The notes beneath the pieces are model-generated. The model was given only the letters and a program-made list of their open reading frames with translations, had not been told where the DNA came from and made no database searches. Positions 29,951-39,766 of a stretch of DNA of 57,032 nt are shown here, piece by piece (the stretch's first letter is position 1; the number at the start of each line of letters is the position of its first letter). The translations under genes and the position numbers were made by a program. The stretch lies in assembly GCA_938010715.1 (NCBI GenBank), contig CALLVG010000232.1, positions 1 to 57,032 on the forward strand, in the 5' to 3' direction. Source of the DNA: an uncultured Saprospiraceae bacterium (GTDB taxonomy: Bacteria; Bacteroidota; Bacteroidia; Chitinophagales; Saprospiraceae).

Positions 29951-31567
29951 ATGACAAAATACATTTTCGTTACGGGTGGCGTAACTTCTTCTTTAGGAAA
30001 AGGAATCGTTTCAGCTTCGCTGGCCAAACTTCTTCAGGCAAGAGGCTTCAAAGTAACCATTCAAAAGTTTGATCCTTATTTAAATGTCGATCCAGGCACC
30101 TTAAATCCTTATGAGCATGGAGAATGTTATGTCACTGAAGATGGTGCAGAGACGGATTTAGACTTGGGTCATTATGAACGTTTTTTGAATGTCTCCACTT
30201 CTCAAGCGAACAATGTAACTACAGGTAGAATTTACCAAACGGTTTTGGACAGAGAGCGAGAAGGCGGCTATTTGGGTAAAACAGTTCAGGTGATTCCGCA
30301 CATCACAGATGAGATAAAGAGGCGAGCTCAATTGCTCGGCCTCGACAACAAATATGATATCATTATTACTGAGTTAGGTGGAACAGTTGGTGACATTGAG
30401 TCACTCCCTTACCTCGAAGCATTACGTCAGTTAAAGTGGGATTTAGGTGCAGAGAACTGTATGGTGATTCACTTAACTTTAGTTCCATATTTGAAAGCTG
30501 CTGGTGAGTTAAAGACCAAACCAACTCAACATTCGGTTAAGGAATTGCTCCAGAGAGGTATCCAGCCAGATGTGATTGTTTGTCGAACAGAGCATGATTT
30601 ACCAAAAGAAATTCGTCGCAAAATTTCTCTTTTCTGTAACGTCGATGTGGACTCTGTGATTGAGTCAAAAGATGCGGCAACGATTTATGATGTTCCACTT
30701 TTGATGCACAAAGAGCGTTTGGATTCAGTTGTTTTGAAACGACTTAGATTGAGAGATAAACGTGAACCAAACTTAACTGCTTGGAAGGAATTTTTAGGCA
30801 AACTAAAAAATCCTTTGCATGAAGTGAATATCGGTTTGGTTGGAAAATATAATGAATTGCAAGATGCGTATAAGTCTATTTATGAAGCTTTTATCCATGG
30901 TGGCGCTATGAATGAATGTGAGGTCAACGTTATTCCAATTCACTCTGAAAGTTTGGAAGGAAGCGAAAAAGATGTGGCCGAACTTCTTAAAAATTTGGAT
31001 GGTGTTTTGGTCGCTCCTGGCTTTGGAGGCCGTGGGATTGGTGGAAAAATCAAAGCCATAAAATACGTTAGAGAAAACAATATTCCATTCTTTGGAATTT
31101 GTCTGGGAATGCAATGTGCAGTTGTTGAATATGCTAAGAATGTATTGAAACTGGAATGCGCTTCTTCCACAGAAGTCAATGAAAAAACAAAGAACCCTGT
31201 TATTGATTTGATGCCGGAGCAAAAGAAAATAACTCAAAAAGGTGGCACGATGAGATTGGGCGCTTATGCCTGTGAAATCAAAAAAGGCTCAAACGCATAT
31301 AAGGCATATAAGTCAACCAAAATATCAGAACGTCACCGCCATCGTTACGAATACAACAACGAATATTTAAAGCAATTTGAAAAAGGAGGACTTATCGCAA
31401 CAGGTATCAATCCCGAGACGAAATTGGTAGAAATTGTTGAAATAAAAGACCATCCCTATTTTGTTGGAGTACAATATCATCCAGAATTAAAATCTACGGT
31501 TGAGAATCCACATCCTTTGTTTGTGAGTTTTGTAAAGGCGGCTTTAGACAAAAAAATTAATAATTAA
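29951..31567 (+). CDS. pyrG: CTP synthase
   Basis: [20 protein letters not shown]-terminus; GATase GICLGMQ and ...QYHPE. Confidence 0.98.
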   Translation: MTKYIFVTGGVTSSLGKGIVSASLAKLLQARGFKVTIQKFDPYLNVDPGTLNPYEHGECYVTEDGAETDLDLGHYERFLNVSTSQANNVTTGRIYQTVLDREREGGYLGKTVQVIPHITDEIKRRAQLLGLDNKYDIIITELGGTVGDIESLPYLEALRQLKWDLGAENCMVIHLTLVPYLKAAGELKTKPTQHSVKELLQRGIQPDVIVCRTEHDLPKEIRRKISLFCNVDVDSVIESKDAATIYDVPLLMHKERLDSVVLKRLRLRDKREPNLTAWKEFLGKLKNPLHEVNIGLVGKYNELQDAYKSIYEAFIHGGAMNECEVNVIPIHSESLEGSEKDVAELLKNLDGVLVAPGFGGRGIGGKIKAIKYVRENNIPFFGICLGMQCAVVEYAKNVLKLECASSTEVNEKTKNPVIDLMPEQKKITQKGGTMRLGAYACEIKKGSNAYKAYKSTKISERHRHRYEYNNEYLKQFEKGGLIATGINPETKLVEIVEIKDHPYFVGVQYHPELKSTVENPHPLFVSFVKAALDKKINN

Positions 31568-31598
31568 TTGTCCTCTTTTTTATAAAAACTAAGTTGCA

Positions 31599-31633
31599 AA
31601 GTGTCGGACACCATAAAGGTGTCCGACACTTTT
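31599..31633 (+). terminator. Rho-independent terminator after pyrG
   Basis: Perfect 14-bp stem AAGTGTCGGACACC/GGTGTCCGACACTT with loop ATAAA and a short T-tract. Confidence 0.75.
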
Positions 31634-31673
31634 GGATTAAAAAAGAACTATTCAAATAGTAAAAAAGTCAAAT

Positions 31674-33068
31674 TTGAATTTCAATAAAGATATAGTTGTC
31701 ATGCTAATTTTAACCGCGCTTGCAGTCGGTTTGAATTTGCTCGTTCGCAACAATAGTTTTTATTGGGACACGGTTCAGTTGGCCTCGAAACATGCTCATT
31801 TTTTCTATGAAAATGGATTCAGCTCATTCATTTTACCTCCTGAAATTGATAGTGGGCATCCTCCTACTTTTGGAGCATTACTCGCTTTTTGTTGGATGAC
31901 TTTTGGAAAAACTTTAGCAGTAAGCCATTTGATGATTTTACCTTTTTCGGTTGGAATTTTGTGGCTCGCTTATTCAATTGGAAAATATTATTTAGGCGAA
32001 TGGGCGGTTGCTTTTCCGATTTTATGTTTTTTAGATCCGACACTTTCAGCTCAAACTATTTTAGTGAGTCCAGATGTATTAGTGATTTTCTTTTTTCTAT
32101 TATGCTGGTATTCAATTATTTATGATAGAGAAAAACTTTTGGCGGCTGGTGTGATGGCACTTGGCATGTTGAGTATGAGAGGAATGATGATAGGTTTTGC
32201 ACTATTCATTTTTTCTCTTTTCAGGAAAACAAAAGAACCTGCAAACATTAACCATGTCCTAAACAAACTCGCTCCTTTCATCCCAGGAGGTGCTTTGGCT
32301 TTAGGATTTTTGATTGCTCATTATTCGATTACTGGCTGGATTGGTTATCATGATGATTCACCATGGGCGGATTCTTTCGCATCGGTTTCGATCGGTGGCT
32401 TTTTCAAAAATATAGGAATCCTAATTTGGCGATATATTGATTTCGGAAGATTATTTATTTATGGTTCAACATGGTTGATGTTACTTCAAATTCCCTTTTC
32501 GGTTAAACCGAAATTATGGGAAGCGATGAGTTTGGTTGCAATTCTTGAATTGGTTTTAGTGCCTTCCATGTTATTGCACGAAGGACTTTTGGGACATCGA
32601 TATTTATTGCCAATTTTTACAGCTATCAATCTGCTCTTTTGCGTTTGTCTTTTTCAATTTGAAAATATAAAAAAGAAGTTTCTTTGGTTATCGGTTGCTG
32701 GAATGTTTCTGGTCACTGGTAATCTTTGGATTTATCCTAAAAATATCGCTCAGGGTTGGGATGCGTCTCTTGCTCATTTGCCATTTTATAAACTAAGAGA
32801 TAAAATGATAAATTACATAGATGAGGAGGCTTTGAACTACACAGAAATAGGCACTGTATTTCCACAAAAAGGAAGTTTTGAATTGTACGATCTGAATGAA
32901 CGGAAAGAAGGATTTGTAGAATTAGATTTTGAAAAAAATAAATACATTCTGTATTCTACGATAATGAATGATTTCTCTGACGAGCAGTTGGAGCTACTCG
33001 AAAACACTTGGGAAGTAAAACGGAAATTTGCAAGTGGAGGAATTGAAGTGATTTTGTACCAACGATAA
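31674..33068 (+). CDS. Polytopic membrane protein, possibly a GT-C type (ArnT/PMT-like) glycosyltransferase
   Basis: About 10-12 predicted TM helices followed by a soluble C-terminal domain. TTG start at 31674, with ATG 31701 as alternative. The family call is weak. Confidence 0.4.
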   Translation: MNFNKDIVVMLILTALAVGLNLLVRNNSFYWDTVQLASKHAHFFYENGFSSFILPPEIDSGHPPTFGALLAFCWMTFGKTLAVSHLMILPFSVGILWLAYSIGKYYLGEWAVAFPILCFLDPTLSAQTILVSPDVLVIFFFLLCWYSIIYDREKLLAAGVMALGMLSMRGMMIGFALFIFSLFRKTKEPANINHVLNKLAPFIPGGALALGFLIAHYSITGWIGYHDDSPWADSFASVSIGGFFKNIGILIWRYIDFGRLFIYGSTWLMLLQIPFSVKPKLWEAMSLVAILELVLVPSMLLHEGLLGHRYLLPIFTAINLLFCVCLFQFENIKKKFLWLSVAGMFLVTGNLWIYPKNIAQGWDASLAHLPFYKLRDKMINYIDEEALNYTEIGTVFPQKGSFELYDLNERKEGFVELDFEKNKYILYSTIMNDFSDEQLELLENTWEVKRKFASGGIEVILYQR

Positions 33069-33077
33069 ATAGGTTTT

Positions 33078-33608
33078 ATGAGAAAATTGAAATTAGAAGA
33101 ATTAGAAAGAGTTTCCATCGAGGAATTCAAAAAACAGAAGAAAACTCCTTTAGTTGTCGTTTTGGACAATGTCCGTTCTGCACTCAATGTAGGTTCCGTT
33201 TTTAGAACAGCAGATTCATTTGCTGTTGAAAAAATATACCTCTGCGGCATCACAGCTACCCCACCTCATAAAGAAATTTCAAAATCAGCAATCGGCGCTA
33301 CGGACTCTGTAAACTGGGAGCATGTAAAAGACATTGCTAATGCCATAAACAGCTTAAAATCAGATGGTTATAAAGTTTTTGGCATCGAACAAACTTCTCA
33401 AACTACCCTACTTCAAGATGTAAAAATTGACTCCAATCAAAAAGTCGCCATTGTAATGGGAAATGAAGTAATGGGAATTTCAGACGCGATTCTTCCGCTA
33501 TTGGATGAAGTAATTGAGATACCACAATTTGGAACCAAACATAGCTTAAATGTTTCCGTTTGTGCTGGTATAGTGATTTGGGAGTTGTTCAAAAAAATCA
33601 CTTTGTAA
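33078..33608 (+). CDS. TrmH/SpoU-family RNA 2'-O-methyltransferase
   Basis: SpoU motifs NVGSVFRTADSF, VMGNEVMGIS and IPQFGTKHSLNVSVCAGIVIWE. Confidence 0.85.
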   Translation: MRKLKLEELERVSIEEFKKQKKTPLVVVLDNVRSALNVGSVFRTADSFAVEKIYLCGITATPPHKEISKSAIGATDSVNWEHVKDIANAINSLKSDGYKVFGIEQTSQTTLLQDVKIDSNQKVAIVMGNEVMGISDAILPLLDEVIEIPQFGTKHSLNVSVCAGIVIWELFKKITL

Positions 33609-33764
33609 AAGAACGAGTAAGGGGAAAATGAATAATTTTTAAATCATAAAATACAGGTCATCTACTCAAAGTTTGAATGCAAAGACTTTCTATTTTATCA
33701 TTTACACATTCTATCATTTTCAATTTATTTGTAGAAAAAACCTATTAGAAAACAACTTCAATAG

Positions 33765-33772
33765 TATCTTTG
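33765..33772 (+). promoter_or_regulatory. Bacteroidota -7 box TATCTTTG(CG) upstream of ychF
   Basis: Exact TAnnTTTG, 32 nt before ATG 33804. Confidence 0.6.
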
Positions 33773-33803
33773 CGCCCGCAAATAAAAATATACAATTAGA
33801 ATT

Positions 33804-34904
33804 ATGGGTTTAAAATGTGGAATTGTTGGATTGCCAAACGTTGGAAAATCAACGCTTTTTAATGCTTTGACGGAAGCAGGGGCTTTGGCTGCGAATTATC
33901 CTTTCGCAACAAAAGAGCCAAATATTGGAATGATAACGGTTCCAGATGATAGACTTAAAGCATTGGCTGACATTGTAAACCCACAAAAAATATTACCAAC
34001 GGATATTGAAATCGTTGATATTGCTGGTTTGATAAAAGGTGCAAGTCAAGGTGAAGGACTTGGAAATCAGTTTCTTGGAAACATCCGTGAAGTAGATGCA
34101 ATTGTGCATGTGGTCAGATGTTTTGAAGATGGAAATGTAGTGCATGTTGATGGAAACGTTAACCCTGTAAGAGACAAAGAAGTAATTGATACTGAGTTGA
34201 TGCTCAAGGATTTAGAGACCGTTGAGAAGCGTTGGGAAGGTTACAAAAAATCTGCAAAAGGTGGCGACAAAGCAGAGGTGAAAAAAGCTGGAATTTGCGA
34301 GCGTATCAAGAATCATCTCGAAAATATGGAACCAGCACGGACTTTTGAGCTTAACTCGGTTGAGGAGGAAAACATAATGAAGGAGATGTTTTTGTTGACC
34401 GCAAAGCCAATTCTTTACGTTTGTAACGTCGATGAAAATTCAGTAATAAACGGAAACGAGCACACGAAAAAATTTGCAGAAGCGGTCAAAAATGAAAAAG
34501 CAGAAGTGCTTTTGGTTTCTGCTGGCATCGAAGCGGATATCGTGGAATTGGATGATGACGAAGAAAAATTGATGTTCCTCGAAGAAATGGGATTGACTGA
34601 ACCGGGTGTTAATCGCTTGATTCGATCTTGTTACAAATTATTGAAACTGATCACTTATTTCACAGCTGGTGAAAAAGAGGTTCGTGCTTGGACGATTCGA
34701 GAAGGATGGACTGCTCCTCAAGCAGCAGGTGTCATCCATACGGATTTTGAAAAAGGATTTATTCGCGCGGAAGTAATTAAGTATAAAGATTACATCGAAT
34801 TTGGTTCCGAGTCTGCTGTGAAAACTGCAGGAAAAATGGGCGTCGAAGGAAAATCTTATGTAGTCGAAGACGGCGACGTCATGCACTTTAGATTCAATGT
34901 CTAA
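33804..34904 (+). CDS. ychF: Redox-regulated ATPase YchF
   Basis: [31 protein letters not shown]-like C-terminus and ...VMHFRFNV. Confidence 0.97.
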   Translation: MGLKCGIVGLPNVGKSTLFNALTEAGALAANYPFATKEPNIGMITVPDDRLKALADIVNPQKILPTDIEIVDIAGLIKGASQGEGLGNQFLGNIREVDAIVHVVRCFEDGNVVHVDGNVNPVRDKEVIDTELMLKDLETVEKRWEGYKKSAKGGDKAEVKKAGICERIKNHLENMEPARTFELNSVEEENIMKEMFLLTAKPILYVCNVDENSVINGNEHTKKFAEAVKNEKAEVLLVSAGIEADIVELDDDEEKLMFLEEMGLTEPGVNRLIRSCYKLLKLITYFTAGEKEVRAWTIREGWTAPQAAGVIHTDFEKGFIRAEVIKYKDYIEFGSESAVKTAGKMGVEGKSYVVEDGDVMHFRFNV

Positions 34905-35496
34905 ATTTTCATATTTCATTCTTAATAAGCCATTTGGCTGTTTGAGTCAATTTACAAAAGAAATCCCGAGCCATATCACCTTGGCCGATTTTTGCAAAGG
35001 AATCCCCAAAGATGTCTTCCCAATTGGTAGGTTGGACAAAGATAGCGAAGGACTTTTGTTATTGACAAATAACAAATCAATCAACCACCGATTACTCGAT
35101 CCGAAATTCAAACATTCGAGAACTTACTTAGCTCAAGTTGAAGGAATTCCTACCAAAGAGGCAATTCAAAATTTAGAAAAAGGTGTTGAAATTAAGTTGA
35201 AAAAATCAACCCACACTACCCTTCCAACAAAAGCAAAACTCCTTGATAGTCAGCCAATTATGGCCGAACGCGTCCCACCTATTCGAGTTAGAAAAACTGT
35301 TCCTGACGCATGGATTGAATTAACCTTGGTTGAAGGTAAAAATAGACAAGTCCGTAAGATGTGTTCGAAGGTTGGATTTCCTGTTTTAAGGTTGGTTCGG
35401 ATTTCAATTGAGGATCTGACTTTGGGGAAAATGCTTCCTGGTGATTTGGTCGAGATGGAGGAAAATGAGTTTATGAAGGCTTTGAAGTTGAGGTGA
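34897..35496 (+). CDS. Pseudouridine synthase, RsuA/RluE family (no S4 domain)
   Basis: Catalytic motif GRLDKDSEGLLLLTNN and the EGKNRQVRKM motif. Overlaps ychF by 8 nt. Confidence 0.85.
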   Translation: MSKFSYFILNKPFGCLSQFTKEIPSHITLADFCKGIPKDVFPIGRLDKDSEGLLLLTNNKSINHRLLDPKFKHSRTYLAQVEGIPTKEAIQNLEKGVEIKLKKSTHTTLPTKAKLLDSQPIMAERVPPIRVRKTVPDAWIELTLVEGKNRQVRKMCSKVGFPVLRLVRISIEDLTLGKMLPGDLVEMEENEFMKALKLR

Positions 35497-35513
35497 TTCT
35501 TGAGGTTCTTTTT

Positions 35514-35660
35514 GTCTGAATCAGGATTCTCAGGATTTTAAAATTTTCAGGATTAGGTCAGCGTTTACTAAAATTATTAGGAGGTTGAAATCCCAAAATT
35601 AGAAGTTACTCCCTATCAAAATCCTGCTAATCCTTTAATCCTGAGAATCCTGATTCAGAC
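35514..35660. repeat. 147-bp element with perfect 24-bp terminal inverted repeats between convergent genes
   Basis: GTCTGAATCAGGATTCTCAGGATT (35514-35537) is the exact reverse complement of 35637-35660. The arms carry iterated CAGGATT / AATCCTG. Confidence 0.8.
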
Positions 35661-35680
35661 TATTTCAAAAGAAAGAAAAA

Positions 35681-36940
35681 TCAAAGCCCCCTCCGCTTCA
35701 TTTCCTCAGATACCAAACCATATTCCCTCGACATGTCACCAGTCACGGCGGAGTTCTCCTGCGCTCTTCGAATCAAATAAGGAGCCACATCTCTAACCGG
35801 CCCATAAGGCACATATTTTCCAACAAAAAACCCAGCATCAGCCAAATTGAAAGTAATGTTGTCACTCATCCCCATAAGCTGCGCAAACATCAAATGAGGA
35901 TGATTTCTATCAATATTATTTTTAACGATTGCTTCCGCAAAAAGGCGGCTACTTTCGCCATTATGGGTTGCATTACATATTGCAATTTGGTCGTAGTTGT
36001 CTAAACAAAACTTCAATGCCGTATTAAAAGCATCGTCTGTTGCTGCTTTGTTTGGATGAATTGGTGATTCGTAATTTAGTTCTTGCGCACGTTCTCTTTC
36101 CTTTTCCATGTAAGCGCCACGAACCAATTTTGCCCCTAAAATATAGCCTTGTTTCTTGGCAGTATCATGAGAATCCATCAAAAACTGTAACCGATCATGA
36201 CGATACATTTGGAAAGTATTAAAAACGATTGCTTTATGACGATTATATCGTTTCATCATCATGTTGACCAGATGATCAATCGAGTCCTGCATCCAAGATT
36301 CTTCCGCGTCAATATATAATTTTACATCTTTTTGAGCAGCATAATTACAGAGTGAATCTACCCTTTTGAGCACCGATCTATATTCACTTTTTTCTTCAAC
36401 AGATAAATCTCTTTCCGTTTGAATTTTTTCCAAAAGGGCATTGCTTGCTAAGCCCGTGATTTTCGTTGTAACAATAGGAATTGCCTGATTTTTAAATGCA
36501 AAATCAATAGCGCGGAGCATCTCGTTCAATGTGTTATTCAAATCTTCTTCAGTTTCCTTTCCTTCTGCTCCATAATCTAAAATCGTATAGGTTTTACTCG
36601 CATAAAGTTGGTCAATAACCTTTTGCGATTCCAATAAGGTTGTACCACCAACAAACTGAGAATAAATAGTTTCTTTTAAAGCATATTCAGAAAATGGAAG
36701 TCTAAGTTTTACCGCGAGTAAACCCAATTTTGAGCCAACGTTGACCAGCAATGGACTGTTCATCAATTTGAACAACCAAGCAGTTTTTTTCAGCTCTTTA
36801 TCTGTTTTGCCAGAGAAGGCAATTTTAGTGTTTGAAAAATCAACAACAGGTCCCGTTTGCCCCATAGTATTATTTATTAATTCGTCCAACTTTTTAATTG
36901 AATTTGTAACTGGTTTCCCTAATTCTTCCATATTTCCCAT
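35681..36940 (-). CDS. Proline dehydrogenase
   Basis: ProDH TIM-barrel pattern (...VRGAYMEKER..., ...FAQLMGMSD..., YVPYGP..YLIRRAQEN). The longest ORF overlaps aroE by 22 nt; ATG 36931 and ATG 36865 (MGQTGPVVDFSNTKIAF) are plausible alternative starts. Confidence 0.85.
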   Translation of the reverse strand: MGNMEELGKPVTNSIKKLDELINNTMGQTGPVVDFSNTKIAFSGKTDKELKKTAWLFKLMNSPLLVNVGSKLGLLAVKLRLPFSEYALKETIYSQFVGGTTLLESQKVIDQLYASKTYTILDYGAEGKETEEDLNNTLNEMLRAIDFAFKNQAIPIVTTKITGLASNALLEKIQTERDLSVEEKSEYRSVLKRVDSLCNYAAQKDVKLYIDAEESWMQDSIDHLVNMMMKRYNRHKAIVFNTFQMYRHDRLQFLMDSHDTAKKQGYILGAKLVRGAYMEKERERAQELNYESPIHPNKAATDDAFNTALKFCLDNYDQIAICNATHNGESSRLFAEAIVKNNIDRNHPHLMFAQLMGMSDNITFNLADAGFFVGKYVPYGPVRDVAPYLIRRAQENSAVTGDMSREYGLVSEEMKRRGL

Positions 36941-37653
36941 GCCTTTTCGGCTTGCAACTCAAGCATTTCAAGCCCATTTTTAATTTTTGCACCTCGTTCC
37001 TCTCCTCGCTGTAAAAATAGCGTTTTTTCGGGATTATACACCAAATCGTAGAGATAGTGTTCGGATGTTAAAAATTCATAAGGAATCTTTGGGCAAAACT
37101 CTTTTTTTGGAAAAGTGCCCAACGGCGTAGTATTTAATATTAAGTGATGGTTATCAAATACTTTTGCATTTAAATTTTTATAAATTAAATCACCCTTTAA
37201 TAGATCACGAGAAACAACTTTATATTCAATTTTATTTTTTCGCAACACATACTGAATTGCTTTTGAAGCGCCACCTGTTCCAAGCACCAGTGCTTTAACT
37301 TTTTTTCTATCTAAAAACTTCAATAAAGATATTTCAAACCCATCAACATCGGTGTTGTACCCAATCAATTTTCCATCAACAATTTTTATGGTATTCACTG
37401 CTCCCACTTCCGCAGCTTTTTTAGAAATATCATACAAATAAGAAATTACTTTTTCTTTATATGGAATCGTTACGTTAAGGCCTTTCAAGTTTTCAATAGT
37501 TCCTAAAATGTCAATAATTTCTTCAATACTTTTCAACGAAAATAAATCGTATTGATGGTCAGCAATTCCCTCCTTTTCAAACTTGTTTGCGAAATAATTT
37601 TCCGAAAAGGAGTGGCTTAGAGGAAAACCAATTAATCCATATCTATTTTTCAT
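36919..37653 (-). CDS. aroE: Shikimate dehydrogenase
   Basis: YGLIGFPLSHSFS N-terminus, NVTIPYK, GYNTD and the GTGGASKA NADP fold. Confidence 0.92.
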   Translation of the reverse strand: MKNRYGLIGFPLSHSFSENYFANKFEKEGIADHQYDLFSLKSIEEIIDILGTIENLKGLNVTIPYKEKVISYLYDISKKAAEVGAVNTIKIVDGKLIGYNTDVDGFEISLLKFLDRKKVKALVLGTGGASKAIQYVLRKNKIEYKVVSRDLLKGDLIYKNLNAKVFDNHHLILNTTPLGTFPKKEFCPKIPYEFLTSEHYLYDLVYNPEKTLFLQRGEERGAKIKNGLEMLELQAEKAWEIWKN

Positions 37654-37779
37654 TTCTGCATTTTAGGTAAGTGCTTGGACAGCAATAAACACAAGTAGTT
37701 AACTTTTTTGAATTCGTAATTTTTTTGATTAGTCGAGGCGCGGAAAAAGAAGTTTATTTTTTGTGCGATTCTAAACGAA

Positions 37780-37813
37780 ACGAGGCGATTCACTATTATA
37801 TGAATCGCCTCGT
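37780..37813 (-). terminator. Hairpin terminator after CotH paralogue 1
   Basis: Perfect 13-bp stem ACGAGGCGATTCA/TGAATCGCCTCGT, 26 nt below the stop. Confidence 0.65.
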
Positions 37814-37838
37814 AAAGAAAGTTATTTTTTTGAACAAT

Positions 37839-39419
37839 TTACTCCTTTATTTTTATCGCTTCTCTCGAAGACCTTGCTGGGAAGGTTGCTGCTGCCTTTT
37901 CGTTTTCTGCAATGATATAGTACTGTCCTTTTTTATGAAAAGGAACTGTACAACCCCATATTCCATCATCCATTGACTCGTCATTACTTCCACCATCATC
38001 TTTCATTTTATAGGCTATAAAATGCTCTTTTTTATTCTTTCGGTACATGGCAATTGCGCCAGTAGCGCCCTCCAGTTTTGCTTGAATAGCAACATCTTCA
38101 TCAAAATGAATATCCTCTACATTCGAAATAACTGGCGGATCAGTACTCAAAAGCGGATGATTATTCAAGTACTCTTTTCTGCCTTCCATCAACTCAGTCA
38201 ACCCTACAATTTGAGTTCCTTTGGCATCTGCACTTGAATTCAAATTTGCTTTAAACGATTCATACGAATAGAGCTTATTTGCGTCATTTCGGACCTCACT
38301 ATCAATCAGTCTTTGAAATGCTTCTGCACGTGTTTTATATTCGTTATTATTAAAATTCTCTTTTAAAATAGTTCGAATATGGGCAATATAGATTTTACGA
38401 TAAAGTGGATTTTTTAAAATATTGACAATCAAAGGTCGCTTAGCATTGTTGTTTTTGAAATGTACCATTGTGCTCAACTTTTGAAGCCCTTTTGTGTCGA
38501 GTGGCTTCCCATTTCCATCAAATTTGAATCCACCAAAAGCTAAGTTTAAATCCCAAATCAATGGGGTAAAAACACCGCTTTTTCCTTTGTACATATAGTA
38601 ATTATGACTTAATCTGCCCGTGTAACTATCTAAATTAACAAGTACATTATTGAGTGCATGCATCCAAAGTGTTTGATCAATATCAAGATGTTTAGGCAGG
38701 TCTTCCTTCTTTTCGTTCAATACCTCAATCATCTTGATGAAGTCACTCCAACCTTCATCGGATTTCAATTCATAATTAGATGCGTAGCATGCTGGATTAT
38801 CACCTAAATACATCAAAGATGACTTATCCCCTTTTTTACAGGAGGGGGCAACTTTTACGCCCCATTCAGGATCGCATTTCACAAGAATACCATCATTATC
38901 ACCAAAGTTATCCTTTAAGAAATCTTTGTCAATCGTTTGGGTATTGCTGTAAAGCCCCAAATACTTATCATTGACATATAATTTAGCGAAGTTACACTTA
39001 GGCGCGTAAGTATATTTTCTAACAATTTCGTAAGCCAATATCTCTCTCACAAAACTTGGATCCCGAAAAACGTTCGATAATTTAATTTTTTGATATCCAC
39101 CTGGCAAGGCTTGTTCCTTATCCTTGTAGTCAATTTCGATATTAAAAGGCAGTTTATTTGAGCCGGTTTTTGTAACGTTTTTAAATGAACTATTCCCTTT
39201 GAAACGTACACCCACTTGCTCATAGGTTTGACCACCAACGACCAATTTAGCAGACATACGTTGTTTTTTACCAGCCCTTTTCATGTTTGTCAAAATCTCT
39301 GCCCAATTATCCCTTTCAAAATATATCTTTATTTCTTGAATCTTATCCCATTGAAAAAAGTCCTGCCCAGTTGCAAAAAGGGATGGAAGAAGGAAAAACA
39401 CAAGTATTAACTTTTTCAT
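37839..39419 (-). CDS. Secreted CotH kinase-family protein (paralogue 1)
   Basis: Signal peptide and CotH-type blocks (KLSNVFRDPSFVREILAYEI, LYVNDKYLGLY, NYYMYKG..., IWDLNLAFG). Confidence 0.75.
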   Translation of the reverse strand: MKKLILVFFLLPSLFATGQDFFQWDKIQEIKIYFERDNWAEILTNMKRAGKKQRMSAKLVVGGQTYEQVGVRFKGNSSFKNVTKTGSNKLPFNIEIDYKDKEQALPGGYQKIKLSNVFRDPSFVREILAYEIVRKYTYAPKCNFAKLYVNDKYLGLYSNTQTIDKDFLKDNFGDNDGILVKCDPEWGVKVAPSCKKGDKSSLMYLGDNPACYASNYELKSDEGWSDFIKMIEVLNEKKEDLPKHLDIDQTLWMHALNNVLVNLDSYTGRLSHNYYMYKGKSGVFTPLIWDLNLAFGGFKFDGNGKPLDTKGLQKLSTMVHFKNNNAKRPLIVNILKNPLYRKIYIAHIRTILKENFNNNEYKTRAEAFQRLIDSEVRNDANKLYSYESFKANLNSSADAKGTQIVGLTELMEGRKEYLNNHPLLSTDPPVISNVEDIHFDEDVAIQAKLEGATGAIAMYRKNKKEHFIAYKMKDDGGSNDESMDDGIWGCTVPFHKKGQYYIIAENEKAAATFPARSSREAIKIKE

Positions 39420-39577
39420 TTATATTTATTTGTACTTAAGACGTGAAGACTTTTAAATGGTTAAAAATACGTCTTTTTAAAATTAAGAAAGCGACATACA
39501 AACGTATGCCGCCCCCAAATTTATTCTATTTTTTGAAGATTAGTTTTTAATCTTCTGTTAAGTTTCACTCAAAAAAC

Positions 39578-39704
39578 CTCTTTAGTATTACTCAAAAAAT
39601 AACTTCCCTCTTCAATTCAAAAAATTAGCTCGAAAAACCTCATTATCAATCACTTTTCCTTCACTAATTTTTTGAAATCGGGAACTTATTTTTTGAGCGT
39701 TTCT
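39578..39704. mobile_element. R1 TIR element, copy b (127 bp)
   Basis: CTCAAAAAATAACTTCCC (39591-39608) pairs with GGGAACTTATTTTTTGAG (39680-39697). The arms are complementary over ~35 nt. About 97% identical to the reverse complement of 2775..2901 by eye. Confidence 0.8.
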
Positions 39705-39766
39705 TATCAATCATTTTTCCTTCACTATTTTTTTTAAAAATCGGGAAGTTATTTTTGAGCGTTTCT
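39705..39766. repeat. Tandem duplication of the right 61 nt of R1 copy b
   Basis: 39705-39766 repeats 39644-39704 (TATCAATCA...GAGCGTTTCT). The stop codon of CotH paralogue 2 (39765-39767) overlaps its end. Confidence 0.8.

Noticed and set aside
29809-30072. Listed 87-aa ORF overlapping the pyrG start
   Set aside because: Out of frame with pyrG, spans its TAnnTTTG promoter box, and has no recognisable motifs.
37725-37976. Listed 83-aa plus-strand ORF
   Set aside because: It covers the CotH terminator hairpin and runs antisense into the CotH 3' end. It looks like a shadow ORF.
39578-39766. Possible CRISPR-like or tandem-repeat array between the CotH genes
   Set aside because: Only two directly abutting units (61/62 nt) that are part of a TIR element. 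There are no unique spacers, no further repeats and no cas genes.
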